A stretch of DNA of 63,905 nucleotides, the filler included, from Myxococcota bacterium (GTDB lineage Bacteria; Myxococcota_C; UBA6777), in assembly GCA_023150835.1 (NCBI GenBank). It is 4 parts of 4 records of this genome, joined end to end, with 100 filler letters (N's around TTAATTAATTAA, not from the genome) between each part and the next. Parts side by side here need not be neighbours in the genome. Positions count along the whole stretch, not along the records: positions 35,751 to 53,269 come from JAKLKB010000140.1; 3 more parts are not named here. The stretch is one strand, 5' to 3'. Shown here one piece after another: positions 38,964 to 52,400 of the stretch. Numbering within the stretch: position 1 is the stretch's first letter; each line of letters begins with the position of its first letter. A model generated the notes under the pieces. The model saw only the letters and a program-made list of their open reading frames with translations, was not told the DNA's origin and ran no database searches. The position numbers and the translations under genes are program-made.

Positions 38964-40503
38964 CTTGCGGTCCTTGGTCGAGGGTTTGGAGGGCTTGGCG
39001 GAGGGCGTCGGTGGTGAGGGCGATCTGGTCTGGGGTGAGTTTTTGAGCGCGGTCGATCTGCTCGATGATCTGGGGGAGGTGTTTGCGTGCGTGGCGGCGC
39101 ACGATCTGTTCTGCTTCGGGGATACGGGCGAGTGGCAGGGCGTCAAACAGACCTTGGGTGAGCGCAAGCAGCAAAAGGATCTGATCGGCTGCGGGGAGGG
39201 TATCGAATTGATCTTGTTTGAGGACTTCGCGGATACATCGGCCTCGTGTGAGGATCTGTCGGTTGGTCTCGTCAAGGCGTGCGCCAAAACGCGAGAAGGC
39301 TTCGAGTTCTTCAAACTGGGTGTAGGTCAAGCGAAGCATCCCCACCACAGCCCGATAAGCGGGGAGTTGGGTTTTTCCACCGACACGGGAGACCGAACGA
39401 CCGATCTCGACGGCAGGAAGCATACCTTTTTGGAACAGGTCGGGAGAAAGATAGATCTGGCCGTCGGAGATGGAGATCAAGTTGGTGGGGATATAGGCGG
39501 AAAGGTTCTGGGCTTCGGTTTCGACGATGGGAAGGGCGGTTAAGGAGCCGCCGCCGTGTTCTTTGCGAAGGCGTGTGGAGCGTTCAAGCAAGCGCGAATG
39601 GATGTAAAAGATATCGCCCGGGAAGGCTTCGCGTGCGGGAGGGCGGCGCAACAGCAACGAGATCTCGCGGTAGGCGCGGGCATGACGGGTGAGATCGTCG
39701 TACACGATCAAGACATCGCGTCCGTGTTCCATCAAGTATTCGGCCATACTCGTGGCGGCGTACGGAGTGATGTACTGGAGTCCGGGCGGTGCGTCCCCTC
39801 CTGCAACGACTACTGTAGTGTAAGACATCGCGCCGTGTTGACGAAGTGTGTCGATCACTCGCGCCACAGCGGTGCTGCGTTGGCCGATCGCGCAATAGAT
39901 GCACAGCACGCCTTGGTCGTGTTGGTGAAGGATGGTGTCGACGGCGATGGCGGTTTTGCCCGTCTGACGGTCTCCAAGGATGAGTTCACGTTGTCCCCGT
40001 CCGATCGGAAACATCGCGTCGATCACTTTGATGCCCGTCTGAAGGGGCTGTTGGACAGGATCGCGGTGCATAATGGGCGGGGCGATGCGTTCGAGCGGAT
40101 AGCGTTGCGTTGCGCGGATCGGGCCGTTGTTGTCGAGCGGAACGCCTGTGGCATCCACGACGCGACCAAGCACGCCTTCACCCACAGGCACATCCACCAA
40201 ATTTCCGCTGCGGTACACTTCGATCCCTGCGTACAGATGGGCGCTTTCTTCGATCAGCGCCACGCCGATATCTTCGGGGTTCAAGCGCAACACCATCCCC
40301 CGAGAGCCGTCCGCAAAAAGAATCTCTTCGCCCATCCGCGCCCCCGGAAGCCCCGTCACTCGGACGACTCCACGTTGTACCTCTCGAACGCGCCCGATCT
40401 CTCGGAGCGTTGGCTCCAATAAAAGTCCTGTTCTTGCGGTCTGTAGCCCCACAAACGCTGGCGTCAAGATCGCCTCTCGGAGAGAACGCGCTGGCTCGGT
40501 CAT
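38941..40503 (-). CDS. atpA: N-type ATPase alpha subunit
   Basis: [35 protein letters not shown]. Confidence 0.97.
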   Translation of the reverse strand: MTEPARSLREAILTPAFVGLQTARTGLLLEPTLREIGRVREVQRGVVRVTGLPGARMGEEILFADGSRGMVLRLNPEDIGVALIEESAHLYAGIEVYRSGNLVDVPVGEGVLGRVVDATGVPLDNNGPIRATQRYPLERIAPPIMHRDPVQQPLQTGIKVIDAMFPIGRGQRELILGDRQTGKTAIAVDTILHQHDQGVLCIYCAIGQRSTAVARVIDTLRQHGAMSYTTVVVAGGDAPPGLQYITPYAATSMAEYLMEHGRDVLIVYDDLTRHARAYREISLLLRRPPAREAFPGDIFYIHSRLLERSTRLRKEHGGGSLTALPIVETEAQNLSAYIPTNLISISDGQIYLSPDLFQKGMLPAVEIGRSVSRVGGKTQLPAYRAVVGMLRLTYTQFEELEAFSRFGARLDETNRQILTRGRCIREVLKQDQFDTLPAADQILLLLALTQGLFDALPLARIPEAEQIVRRHARKHLPQIIEQIDRAQKLTPDQIALTTDALRQALQTLDQGPQDGLARRD

Positions 40504-41297
40504 ATCGCACCTTTCTCTGGTGGTGTGGGGGCTTGGGAGGAACGAGCGCTGAGGGCGTGTTGGAAGGTTGCACCCAAAGCATCGAGGTATTCGCGGAGAT
40601 TCCATGCGATCTCGTAGGGTGGAACTTTGAGCGAGATACCGCCGAGCAGCGCGGGGTCTTGCGCAAATTCCACGCGCACAGGGGCATCTGCGATCTGTTC
40701 GATCTGTGTGAGAATGGCCTGTTGTTGGGCGTCGGAGAGCGGAAAGCGCGTGTGGACCGTCAGGGCTTCGGTGGATTCGTGAAGAGCGCGCTTGAGGGCG
40801 GCTTGGGTGGCGGGGTCGAGGGTGGTGAGTTTTTGCAAAAAGGCCGAGGTGATGGCTTGTTCGATCTCGGCGTGGGCAAGGTCGCGCAATGCGTGAGTGG
40901 CGATGGCAAGGGTTTCTTCACCGACGCGCTGTTGGAGGTCAAGCAAAAAGTCCTGCTTTTCTTGCTCGATCGAGCGTAGCCATCGGTCTTTTCGCTGTTG
41001 GAGATCGTCGCGGATGGTTTGAAGCATCTGCTGTTTTTGGGCTTCGGCTTCTTCTCGGATGCGCAGCAGAGCGGATTCTTGGGTCTCTCGCAACAGGCGT
41101 TGCTGCTTTTGGTTGTCTTCGAGAGCGATCTGCGCCTGCTGTTGGAGGCGTTCGGCCTCCTCCCATCGCTGCGCAACGGTTTGTTCGCGCTTGTCCATCG
41201 CGGCCAACAATGGGGCATAAAGGAAGCGTTTGAGCAGCGCCATCAAGATCAAAAAGTTGACGATCTGGGCGCTGACAGTGAACCAATCGATGCTCAC
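40500..41297 (-). CDS. atpF: N-type ATPase b subunit with C-terminal delta-like extension
   Basis: [22 protein letters not shown]; coiled coil; [10 protein letters not shown]. Confidence 0.93.
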   Translation of the reverse strand: MSIDWFTVSAQIVNFLILMALLKRFLYAPLLAAMDKREQTVAQRWEEAERLQQQAQIALEDNQKQQRLLRETQESALLRIREEAEAQKQQMLQTIRDDLQQRKDRWLRSIEQEKQDFLLDLQQRVGEETLAIATHALRDLAHAEIEQAITSAFLQKLTTLDPATQAALKRALHESTEALTVHTRFPLSDAQQQAILTQIEQIADAPVRVEFAQDPALLGGISLKVPPYEIAWNLREYLDALGATFQHALSARSSQAPTPPEKGAI

Positions 41298-41358
41298 CGA
41301 AAATTCTCCCGCGTCTTGTGTATCTTGAGTGCGCAAAACAAAAGAGGCGTTGCGGTGT

Positions 41359-41649
41359 TTATTTTCCGACTGTTTTGGCGGCTTGGGCGATCACATAGTT
41401 CCAAAACGGGTTGGCAAAGAGCAGGATCATGGACACCACAAGGCAGTAGATGGCGGTGGATTCGACCATTGCGATGCCCACAAACAAGGTGCGCGTGATC
41501 GTGTTGGCTTCGTCGGGTTGTTGGGCGATCGATTGGAGGGCTTGGGCGAGGGCGCGGCCTTCGCCAAGTGCGGGGGCGATCGAGCCGATGCCGACGGTCA
41601 AACCCGCAGTAAAGATCGAGACGCTGGCGATCAATCCGATGGTATCCAT
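41359..41649 (-). CDS. atpE: N-type ATPase c subunit
   Basis: ALGEG, QQPD, ESTAIY, ANPFW. Confidence 0.96.
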   Translation of the reverse strand: MDTIGLIASVSIFTAGLTVGIGSIAPALGEGRALAQALQSIAQQPDEANTITRTLFVGIAMVESTAIYCLVVSMILLFANPFWNYVIAQAAKTVGK

Positions 41650-41659
41650 AAAGGCTACT

Positions 41660-42288
41660 GTTCCCTTTTCGTTAACAAATGTTGAACACTTGCTAAGCAA
41701 AGCGCCGAAGGATCGGCGGTCGTAACCGACAAAGCCCGCAGGAAGATCCCGCGAGCACCTTGGTGATCTCGATCCACTTCCACACCACATCGACAGCGAA
41801 ATCGCTTTTTGCTGCCGATGTTTTGGATGTTTCCACAATAGGAACATGTCTTTGAGGTATAGGCTTCGTTCACTTCCACCACCGCTGCGCTGTATTCTTC
41901 CGCTTTCGCTTTCAGGTGTTGTTTGAAGCGGTAGTGCGCCCACGTCATCATCGCCCGTGCTGTTTTGCTGTTGAGTTTGGACACCATCTGCTGTGTTTCA
42001 AACGTCGGCAACAAGATCACTTCGAAGCGTGTGACGAGGAAGTGTGCCACCTTTTTGTGCAGATCATCCACCAAGTCGCGAATACGCCACCGTAATCGTT
42101 GCGCTGCACGGTTCAGGCTGCGCTTTTGGCGTCCACTTTGCTCTTTCCTTCTTCTGCCCACTTCCTCAACGTGTTTGGATGGATGCACAGCATCTCACAG
42201 GTTTTTTTGTTGACAACAGTTCCATCTCTTTGCATCCGATGAGCTTCACGCTGCATTCCATAGCAAATGTCATCGTCTCTGTCAACTC
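41660..42288 (-). mobile_element. Internally deleted IS607-family element (tnpA 5' stub joined to the tnpB 3' half); ends approximate
   Basis: From ATG 42225: MELLSTKK, frameshift, TCEMLCIHPNTLRKWAEEGK (MerR-like HTH); then LPTFE, WAHYRFKQHL, EAYTSKTCSYCG, CRCG..DRDHQGARGI. Confidence 0.88.
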
Positions 42289-42292
42289 GTAT

Positions 42293-43003
42293 TTACTCCT
42301 TGGGGGTGGGTGAAGAAGACTCCGATGGTGTCGGAGATGGATGGGCTTGATAGGCCGAAGCGATGTACACCATCGCCAAGATCGAAAAGATATACGCTTG
42401 AATCATTCCAGTGAGTAAGCCCAACAAGTCCATGATGATCGGAAAAAAGAACGGAACGACGATCAAAAGGCTGCCTGTGATCAGACGCCCACTCATGGCG
42501 TTTCCAAACAGGCGAACCGCAAGCGCAAGGGTGCGGGATATCTCACCAAGGATATTAAATGGAAGCATAAAAGCCGAAGGTTCGATGTATTGGCGAAGAT
42601 AAGGCAGCATTCCTTGTTGGGTGATGCCGTACAGCGGAACGGCCACAAACACACACAACGCAAGGGCTGTGGTGGTCGACAGCGATGCGGTCGGGGCGAT
42701 AAACCCCGGGATCACCGAAAGCAAGTTGGAACCTGCGATAAACAGAAAAAGCGTTCCGATAAAAGGTAGAAAAGGACGGGGCGGTTGTTGTCCGACCTCT
42801 CGGATCTGCGAGAGGATCAGCACCAACAGGCTTTCCAACAAAGCCTGCCCTCGTGAGATCTTGACATCCGAAGAAAGGCGACGCCCTACCCACCAAGCGA
42901 TCGACACAAGCAGCGCCATCACAAACCATGTCCACAACAAGGTCGCGTTCAGCCTGATAGGCCCCCACTGCCAAAGAATCAATGCGTCTGGAGAAAGCTG
43001 CAT
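42293..43003 (-). CDS. atpB: N-type ATPase a subunit
   Basis: PTASLSTT, PFNILGEISRTLALAVRLFGN, IQAYIF. Confidence 0.96.
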   Translation of the reverse strand: MQLSPDALILWQWGPIRLNATLLWTWFVMALLVSIAWWVGRRLSSDVKISRGQALLESLLVLILSQIREVGQQPPRPFLPFIGTLFLFIAGSNLLSVIPGFIAPTASLSTTTALALCVFVAVPLYGITQQGMLPYLRQYIEPSAFMLPFNILGEISRTLALAVRLFGNAMSGRLITGSLLIVVPFFFPIIMDLLGLLTGMIQAYIFSILAMVYIASAYQAHPSPTPSESSSPTPKE

Positions 43004-43638
43004 CAGAACGACTCCGAACGAGGTTGAGAGGGAAGATCTTTGTTGAGAGGTGAGGCTTTCTTGGGGGTGATCTGCCCGAATACTCGGATGCAAACGTAGC
43101 GTGCGATCCAAAAACCAAACAAACACACCAACAGCCGCTCAGGGCGACCTTGCATCACCAGATAAAACGCTACCCCCGCCAAAAGCGTCCGCAGCGCAAA
43201 GCTGCCCAACAACCAAAGCGCAGGCGAGCGCCGATGCGGGACTTGTTGGGTCGTCCACCAAAGCCCGCCAAAATAAAACAGCCCAATCCCTACACCCAAC
43301 ACAAACGAAAGTAGCAACACAGCAAGCGTCAAGGGCGGGAAGCTTGTCAGAAAAAAGGACGGAAACATCAGGGACGGGAGGCTTGTCAGAAAAAGCGGTG
43401 ACTGTGCCAACGAAGGCATCCCACCCATAGCAGTGAAGTCATGGCCAAAAAAAACCCGCGTTCGCGCCACTTCAAGCGATGCAGTTGTCTGTGTGAAAGG
43501 GCTGTGATCTCTTCGCCAATACGGGGTCAAGGGGACGACGACCCCTTGCGGGGTTTGGGGCAGCGCCCCACAAAAACCATGCGATCGCGTCAAGCCGATC
43601 GTGTCCAGAAAAATTAGCGATAGAAAGAAGAAGTTCAT
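43003..43638 (-). CDS. atpR: N-ATPase AtpR subunit with an in-frame family B insertion
   Basis: GLFYFGGLWWT, LLGSFALR; ATGA overlap with atpQ and TGATG overlap with atpB. Confidence 0.82.
   Translation of the reverse strand: MNFFFLSLIFLDTIGLTRSHGFCGALPQTPQGVVVPLTPYWRRDHSPFTQTTASLEVARTRVFFGHDFTAMGGMPSLAQSPLFLTSLPSLMFPSFFLTSFPPLTLAVLLLSFVLGVGIGLFYFGGLWWTTQQVPHRRSPALWLLGSFALRTLLAGVAFYLVMQGRPERLLVCLFGFWIARYVCIRVFGQITPKKASPLNKDLPSQPRSESF
43443..43580. mobile_element. Family B element within the atpR frame
   Basis: CCCGCGTTCGCGCCACTTCAAGCGA..TTCGCCAATACGGGGTCAAGGGG..TGGGGCAGCGCCCCAC. Confidence 0.85.
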
Positions 43639-44066
43639 CGTTTCTTCGGCTCCTTGGAAGTGTCGGTGGGTTGGGCGGAAGGGGGCGTGGTGTTGGAAGG
43701 CAGGAGCGGATCGTGGGGAAGGGGTGCAACACGGCGTTGGCTTTCCTTTTCGATCCAGTACCACGCTTGTCGACATCCCCAAAACAGACCAAGGAACAGG
43801 AAGGTCAGCGTCCAAGACACACGAGAAGGCCAAAGATGATCGAGCCAGACACCAAACAACGTGCCTGCGACGGTGGGGAGCGCCACCGACCAACCGACGA
43901 GGCCGAACATCCCCAAGCCGAACCAGACGGTGGGTGGGCCTTCTTGGCGGGCGCGAAGCTTGCGGGCCTCTCTTTGTCCGACTTCTTCGGGCCATCCACG
44001 CGAAGAGGATGGTTTGGGAGTGGGATCTGGTGGCTTGGGAGCGGTCAGAGGCGGATGTTGCGTCAT
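43635..44066 (-). CDS. atpQ: N-ATPase AtpQ (AtpZ/AtpI-like) subunit
   Basis: RKLRAR..VWFGLGMFGLVGWSVALP..SWTLTFL. Confidence 0.9.
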   Translation of the reverse strand: MTQHPPLTAPKPPDPTPKPSSSRGWPEEVGQREARKLRARQEGPPTVWFGLGMFGLVGWSVALPTVAGTLFGVWLDHLWPSRVSWTLTFLFLGLFWGCRQAWYWIEKESQRRVAPLPHDPLLPSNTTPPSAQPTDTSKEPKKR

Positions 44067-44074
44067 CTTTGATC

Positions 44075-46128
<2,054 letters not shown>

Positions 46129-46276
46129 CTATCCTGTTTTTGGGGTGGCGAAGAGTCTCTTGTTTGCGCGCCGAAGTCGCCATCGGCATCACCAAGGTAC
46201 GCAATCTTTTCGCTGTTGTGTTGACCTGCGTCAAGCCTTTGGTGTGCCGCTTTCTCTGCATCGGAGTGGCGCTGTG

Positions 46277-46455
46277 TTGAAAAACCCTCGTGCTTGTGGG
46301 CGTTCGAGCGGTAGGACTGTTGGCTCTAAAAAACGCTGATCGCCCTATCTGTACGGGGTTAAGGGAGCCGCTGTCTGAGTGTTCGCCCCCTGTGGCTGCC
46401 CTATAACAGGGCGTCTGCGTACTCTCCTTTGTGTGTACATCACTCGGAGATCGTA
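46277..46455. repeat. Degenerate family B fragment joined to a family D right half
   Basis: TACGGGGTTAAGGGAGCC, CCCCTGTGGCTGCCC and terminal CGGAGATCGTA abutting the stop at 46456. Confidence 0.65.
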
Positions 46456-49400
46456 TTATTGTTCACAAGAAAAGAGGGTGATCCACGCGGTCTGATCGCC
46501 GATGGCGAGGGTGCGGTCGTCGGGGGACCAAGCGAGTCCTTGGGTGGGGAGGCGTTGGAGGCGGAGGGAGTGCGCAAGGGTGTAGTTTTTGGTTTCGCGT
46601 AAGTCGATGCGTCCGTCGTTGTAAGCGATGGCGAGCCAGTGACCGTGAGAGCTAAAGCGTAAGCGGGTGGGGACGCCCGTGGTTTGGAGAGTTTGGAGCG
46701 TTGTGGCGGTTTGGGCATCCCAGAGGCGGATCTCCCCGTCGAGACTTGCGGAGGCGAGGTGTGCGGTTTGCGGGTGGACGGAAAGGGCGAGGATGCCTTG
46801 GGTATGGCCTTGGAGTGTACGAAGAGGGGCGGCGGTTTGGAGATTCCACAAGCGTACGGTCAAATCGAGACTTGCGGAGGCGAGCCAATCGCCTTTGGGA
46901 TGGTAGGCCAGATCGGTGATGGCGGCAGTATGTTCGAGAAGTTTGTTGGAGACTTGGTTGGTGGACATCGACCAAAGCAGGATGGACTTGTCGTCGGCAG
47001 CGGTGGCGAGTTGAGCGTTGTCGGGGCTGAAGGTGGCGGCGTGGATCGGCGCGGTGTGTTGTAGGTTATCGCTGAAGCGTTGTTGGTTGTCGCTGAGGGA
47101 GGCGACACGGACGCGCTTGTCGGAGCCGACGGTGGCAAGGAGCTTGCTGTCAGGGCTGATCGCGACGGCGCGAAGATCGGTGCTGTGGCTGGAGATCGTG
47201 TGCAGCCAGCGCCAATCGCTGCGTCGGTCGATACGCCCCGTGCGGAGGGCAGAACCCGAAGCGAGGTAGAGGCCGTCGTTGCTAAAGGCGAGTGTTCGGA
47301 CGCTGAGGGGGTAGCGTTCGAGGATCTGCCGTCGGGGATCGCGTGCGAAGTCCCACACACGCAAGATCCCATCCAAGCCGCCTGCAAAAAGCTGCGTCGC
47401 GTCTTGATTGAAGGAGACGCTGTAGAGGGCGGATGTTCCGATTGGAAGGTTTTGGAGGGTGGTGTTGTTGGACAGATCCCAGAGACGGAGGCTTCCGTCG
47501 TGGGAGGCGGAAGCAAGGCGCATGGCGTCGTGGCTCAGGGCGATCTGCTGGACGGCTTGGGTGTGGCCTTGGAGCGTGGTGCGTAATTCTCCTGTTTCGG
47601 GATTCCAGAGGCGGATGGTGGTGTCGTAAGAGGCGGAAAAAAGGCGCGAACCGTCGCGTGAAAACAACAGATGCGTGATGCCTCCTGTATGGCCCTCAAG
47701 AGCGCGTAAGCGTTTTCCTGAGGCGGTGTCCCACAAAAGGATCTTTTGGTTAAAAAGTCCCGCAGCAAGGCGGTTTCCATCAAGGGTCCACGCGACACTC
47801 AAGGCGCGGCTGTTGTCGGTCAAGAGGGTGCGTAGATTGAGGCCAGTGCGCCAATCCCAAAGGCGGATGCTTCCGTCCCAAGAGGCGACGGCAAGCACGT
47901 TGCTGTCGGGCCGAAACGATAGCGACGAAACCTGATCGCGTTGTCCGAGAAAAGTTCGCAGCAGTCGCCCATCGGAGGTTTGCCACAGAAAGACTTGAGA
48001 GGCGGAAGCTGCGGCGAGAAAGCGTTGATCGGGACTCAAGGCGATGGCGTTGAGCGGTTCGGTGGCGTCGGTGAGGGTGTGAAGAAGGGTGCGTTGAGGA
48101 TTCGTCCAAAGGCGGACTTTGTTGTCGGCGGTGGCGGTAGCAAGAAGGCGTTGATCGTTGCTGAGGGCGATGGCAAGGAGAGGGCCGCTTTGGAGGTCGA
48201 GTGTTGTGGGCGTGGGGAGTGGTTGAAAGTCCCAGACATCGGCATTTCCATCTGCGCCAGCGGTGACGAGAGCGTTGTGTTGGGGGAGGAAGGCGAGGCT
48301 GGAGACGTGTTGGTTGCGTGGGCGGAGGATTTGGAGGAGTGCGCCGTCGGTGGTGCGCCAGATACGAACGGTGCGATCATAAGAGGCCGAAGTGAGCGTT
48401 TGGCCTTGGGCATCAAAGCGCAGAGCGCGGACATTGCTTGTGTGGGCGTCGATCGTGCGTTGAAGACTGGCATCATTGGTCTTCCAGATCTGGATCTGCC
48501 CGTTCCATCCGCCTGTTGCGAGGACGGATTGATCGGGATGCAGGGTGGCTGCATAAAGAGGCGTGTTGGTTTGGATGGTTTGTTGAAGAGTGCCGTCGGC
48601 GAGCTTCCATAGACGGGCGGTTTGGTCGACCGATGCGGAGAGCAAGAGGCTGTTGTCTTCGCTCAAGGCGAGGCTGGTGATCTCGCGTGTGTGGCCTTGG
48701 AGGGTGCGCAACAACATCCCGTCGCTGGTCTTCCAGACATGGATCAGGCCGTCCCATGCGGCGGTATAAGCGGTGGCTCCATCTTTGCTCAAGACGACGC
48801 TGCTTGCGACCATGCGATGCGCCCCAAAGGTGCGCAGGTAGGTTCCATCTTGGAGGTTCCACAAACGGACGCTTTGGTCGGTGGAGGCCGATGCAAGGAA
48901 CCGACCATCAGCGCTGATCGCGAGAGCGCGGACGCCGCGTGTGTGGCCTTGGAGGGTGCGCACCACAGCAGGCTGTTGCCATGTCCAGATCTGGATCTCG
49001 TTGAAGCGTGCATTGGCGACCGCAACTTGCGCACCATCGGGAGAGATCGCAACGCTGGTCACGCGGTCGAAGTGCGTGTGCAGGGACCGGAGTCGTTGGC
49101 CGTTGGCATCGTTAAGGATCTCGATGTGTTGATCGGAAGAGGCGATGGCAAGACGATTTCCATCGGGGAGCCAACCTACGCTATAGGGCGACTGGCTGCT
49201 TTGGTATTCGTAAAGCATCTGACCGCTTTGGGTGGCCCATACACGGACAAATCGGTCGGTTCCTACGGTCGCCATGCGCGTTCCATCGGGATGAAAAGCC
49301 ACATCGTAGATCGAGTTGTTTCCGTGTCCTTGCCAAGAGCGCGAGACCGTCCCTGTGGCGATATCGATCAGCTTGATCGTGCGATCGGGTGAAAGCGAAA

Positions 49401-52400
49401 CGCTGGCAAGCGTCTTTCCGTCGGGACTACGGGCGATCCCACGAACGGCTCCGCTGTGGTGTTTGTATTGCTGGGTGGACTGCCCCGTCGCAACGTCCCA
49501 ATAGCGGATCTCTTGATCGGCAGAACCCGAATACAAGGTCTTGCTATCGAGTGAAAAGGCCAAGGCCCACACGGTGTTGGTATGGCCGTTGAACTCCAGC
49601 GCGAAGGTGCGATCGGAGACCTTCCACAAGCGGATGATTCGGTCGGCTCCTGCGCTGGCGATCCACTGACCATCGGGGCTAAAGGCGACCGCATACACCG
49701 TGCTGGTGTGCTTAGAGAGTCCGCCAAGATAGCTCCCGTCAGAGATCTTCCATAGATGAACAAGGCGGTCACTTCCGACGGCTGCGAGGCTCTGGCTATC
49801 GGGACTCCACGCAAGATGTTGAAGGGCGCTGGTGGCTTCGACAAAGGTGTACTTGAGCCGCTCGGTCGCGAGATCCAAGACGCGGACGATCTGGCTTTCG
49901 TCGTCGATCGAAGCGAGATACTTTCCATCGGGGCTGATCGCTGCGCGCAAGATCCCAAAGCGGCTATTGTTTTCGGTGTAGGCTTCCCATCGCCGTTGCA
50001 GGACACTTGGGAGGCAACACGTCGGCGCGTTGGTGTGAGCGCAAGCGTTGGGCCGCTGGCCGGGGGGCAGATGCGTGATCTCTTCGGGCGGAGGCTCGGG
50101 TTGGGACTCGGTGCTGATCTCGGTGGTAGGTTCGGTGCCGATCTCGGCGGTGGATTCGGGCGAAGCGTCGAGGGCTTGTTCCGCGGTGGCCTCGGATGGT
50201 TCTTCGGGGCCGATCTCGGCGGTGGGTTCGGGCGAGGCATCGAGAGGCTTCTCTGTGACAGGCTCAGCGGTCGTTTCCGCCGAGGTCTCTTGGGAGGGCG
50301 TTTGACATCGGGTGGTTTGGCAGATCTGCCCTTGTGCGCAATCGCTGTCTTGGCGACAAGACACGCTAGACTCGGGACATCCGAACAATGGGAGCAAAGA
50401 CAGGCCGCACAGACCCACGACCCACAGCAGCGGCCTGATGCGGCGACCGCAAAACCACGCGATCGTGCGCTTTCGTTGCAAGAAAATAAGCAGCCATATC
50501 GCCATCAAGCCCCATCCTGCCGATGGGGTGGTGTTTTCCGATACCGCCGAACAACCACACCCTGTTTTGGGCGGAGCGTCGAAAGCGATCTCGGCGGTGG
50601 CTTCGGGCTTTGGTTCCGCGACGGTTTCGGCGGTAGGTTCGGGCGTAGGTTCGGAGACGATCTCGGCGGTGGCTTCGGGCTTTGGCTCGTCTTCTCTTTC
50701 TACGGCCTCGGGCGAAGCATCTGGTTGCGCAGGTTCTTCTTGCCATTGCTCAAGCTCGATCCCCGACAAACAGCGGCCTTCTCGACAAGCGTACGTCGGT
50801 GGACACTCGCCATCGTTTCGACAAGGATTGCTTGTGCGGTTTCCTTCACAGATCCCAAATGGGCGGAAGATTCGGCGACAAACGCGATCTGCCCCACAAT
50901 CTTTGTCTTCTGCGCAATAGCAGATATCGATCTGCGTGTTGGGTTTGCTGCAATAGCCGCCAAAACGGCAGGTCTTGGTTTGGCTGCAATCTTCTACACA
51001 AAAACTCCCGTCGTTGGTGCGGATACACGCGAGATCTTGTTTGCAGCGGTTCAGCGGATCGCAAGACTGGCCGAGCGCCCGTTGTCCGGGCGTGGCAGAG
51101 ACACAATAACTTTCGCCTTGGAAAGATTCGCAGGTGTAAGGAGACGCGCAGGCTTGGACGGTTGTGGTCGCAACGCAAGCCCCGACCACGCCCGAGCTTG
51201 TGTTGCAAGAGAAGCCTTGGCCGCACTCCGCAGTCTGACGACAAGCGCAGACATTTTGATAACAAAAACCTCCGCCCACCTTACCGCAGTCTGTATCGCT
51301 GTTGCAGGGATGCAGACAGAGGTTCTGAGAAGAGGCCAGCGTGTAGCATGACATCGGAGCGTCGCAGCTTGTGCCATCGCGACAGGTACTGCCGGCTTTT
51401 CCGGCAGGTGCGCCACAAGCGGGAAGACAGCGTTTGCCGCTGAGCGTGCGTTTGCAAACCAGCGGATCTTGACAAGGCACAGGATCGCAAGAGGCCGCAA
51501 ATCCGCCTCCTTGGGGTTCTGCGCAGACTCCACCCGTGCAGCTATGGCTTTTCGGACAATGGCTATCAAACAAACAGGGGATCTGACAGGCCCCATCTTC
51601 GGGCAAACATTGGCGAGGAAGTCCCGCGTAGGGTTCTTGACAAGCATAACCCGCAGGGCAAAAGTCCCCCGCCCCGCAGGGTTGAGAACAAAAGCGATGC
51701 CCTTCGATCCCCAAGCAATATCCGCCGCTGGCTTGGCAGTCGGCTTGGCTTTGACAGGGCTTGCACAGATCAGCGGAGCGCGCAACGGGTTGAGGCTGAC
51801 AAGTACCGTTTTCGCAAAACTCTCCTGCGCCGCACGTTGCGGTGCTGTTGCACGTCAGCGCAGGACACGATCCCTCAAAGGGCTTACACAACTTGGCTAC
51901 ACCGCTTTGGGTTTGAAGCGTTGCGCAGTAGTGGCCGTCAGGGCAACAATCCGCAGCGTCACAGGCCAAAAGACAGCGGTATCCGTCTTGAAAGCGAAAG
52001 CACCCACCCCCCACACAGTCTTTGTCGCTTTTGCATGCACCACAGATCCCCGTCGCTTGGCTGATCGGGACGCCTTCGCAAAACTTGGTGTTCGCGCACC
52101 GCCGACACACGCCGCAGTCCGCATCTTGGGTGCAAGGCTCAGGACCATCGCCATAACTCGACAAGATCGACTGGATAAAACTGGTGTACGTATCCGTACG
52201 CATCGAAGTCCCCGAACCTGTGCAACTTGAGCGCGGTGGATTCGCCCCTTGCACCGAAGGCGCGCTCACATAGGAGTTCACGCCGATCACACGGACCTTT
52301 CCATCCAGAAGCACCAGCGCAGGACCACCCGAGTCCCCATGACACACGCTTTTTCCCGTCGCTTGGTGCGTAAAACGATCTGTCAACACTTGTACGATCG

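Noticed and set aside
41655-42188. Active TnpB or Cas12-like nuclease gene
   Set aside because: The N-terminal half including RuvC-I is missing and no array is adjacent.
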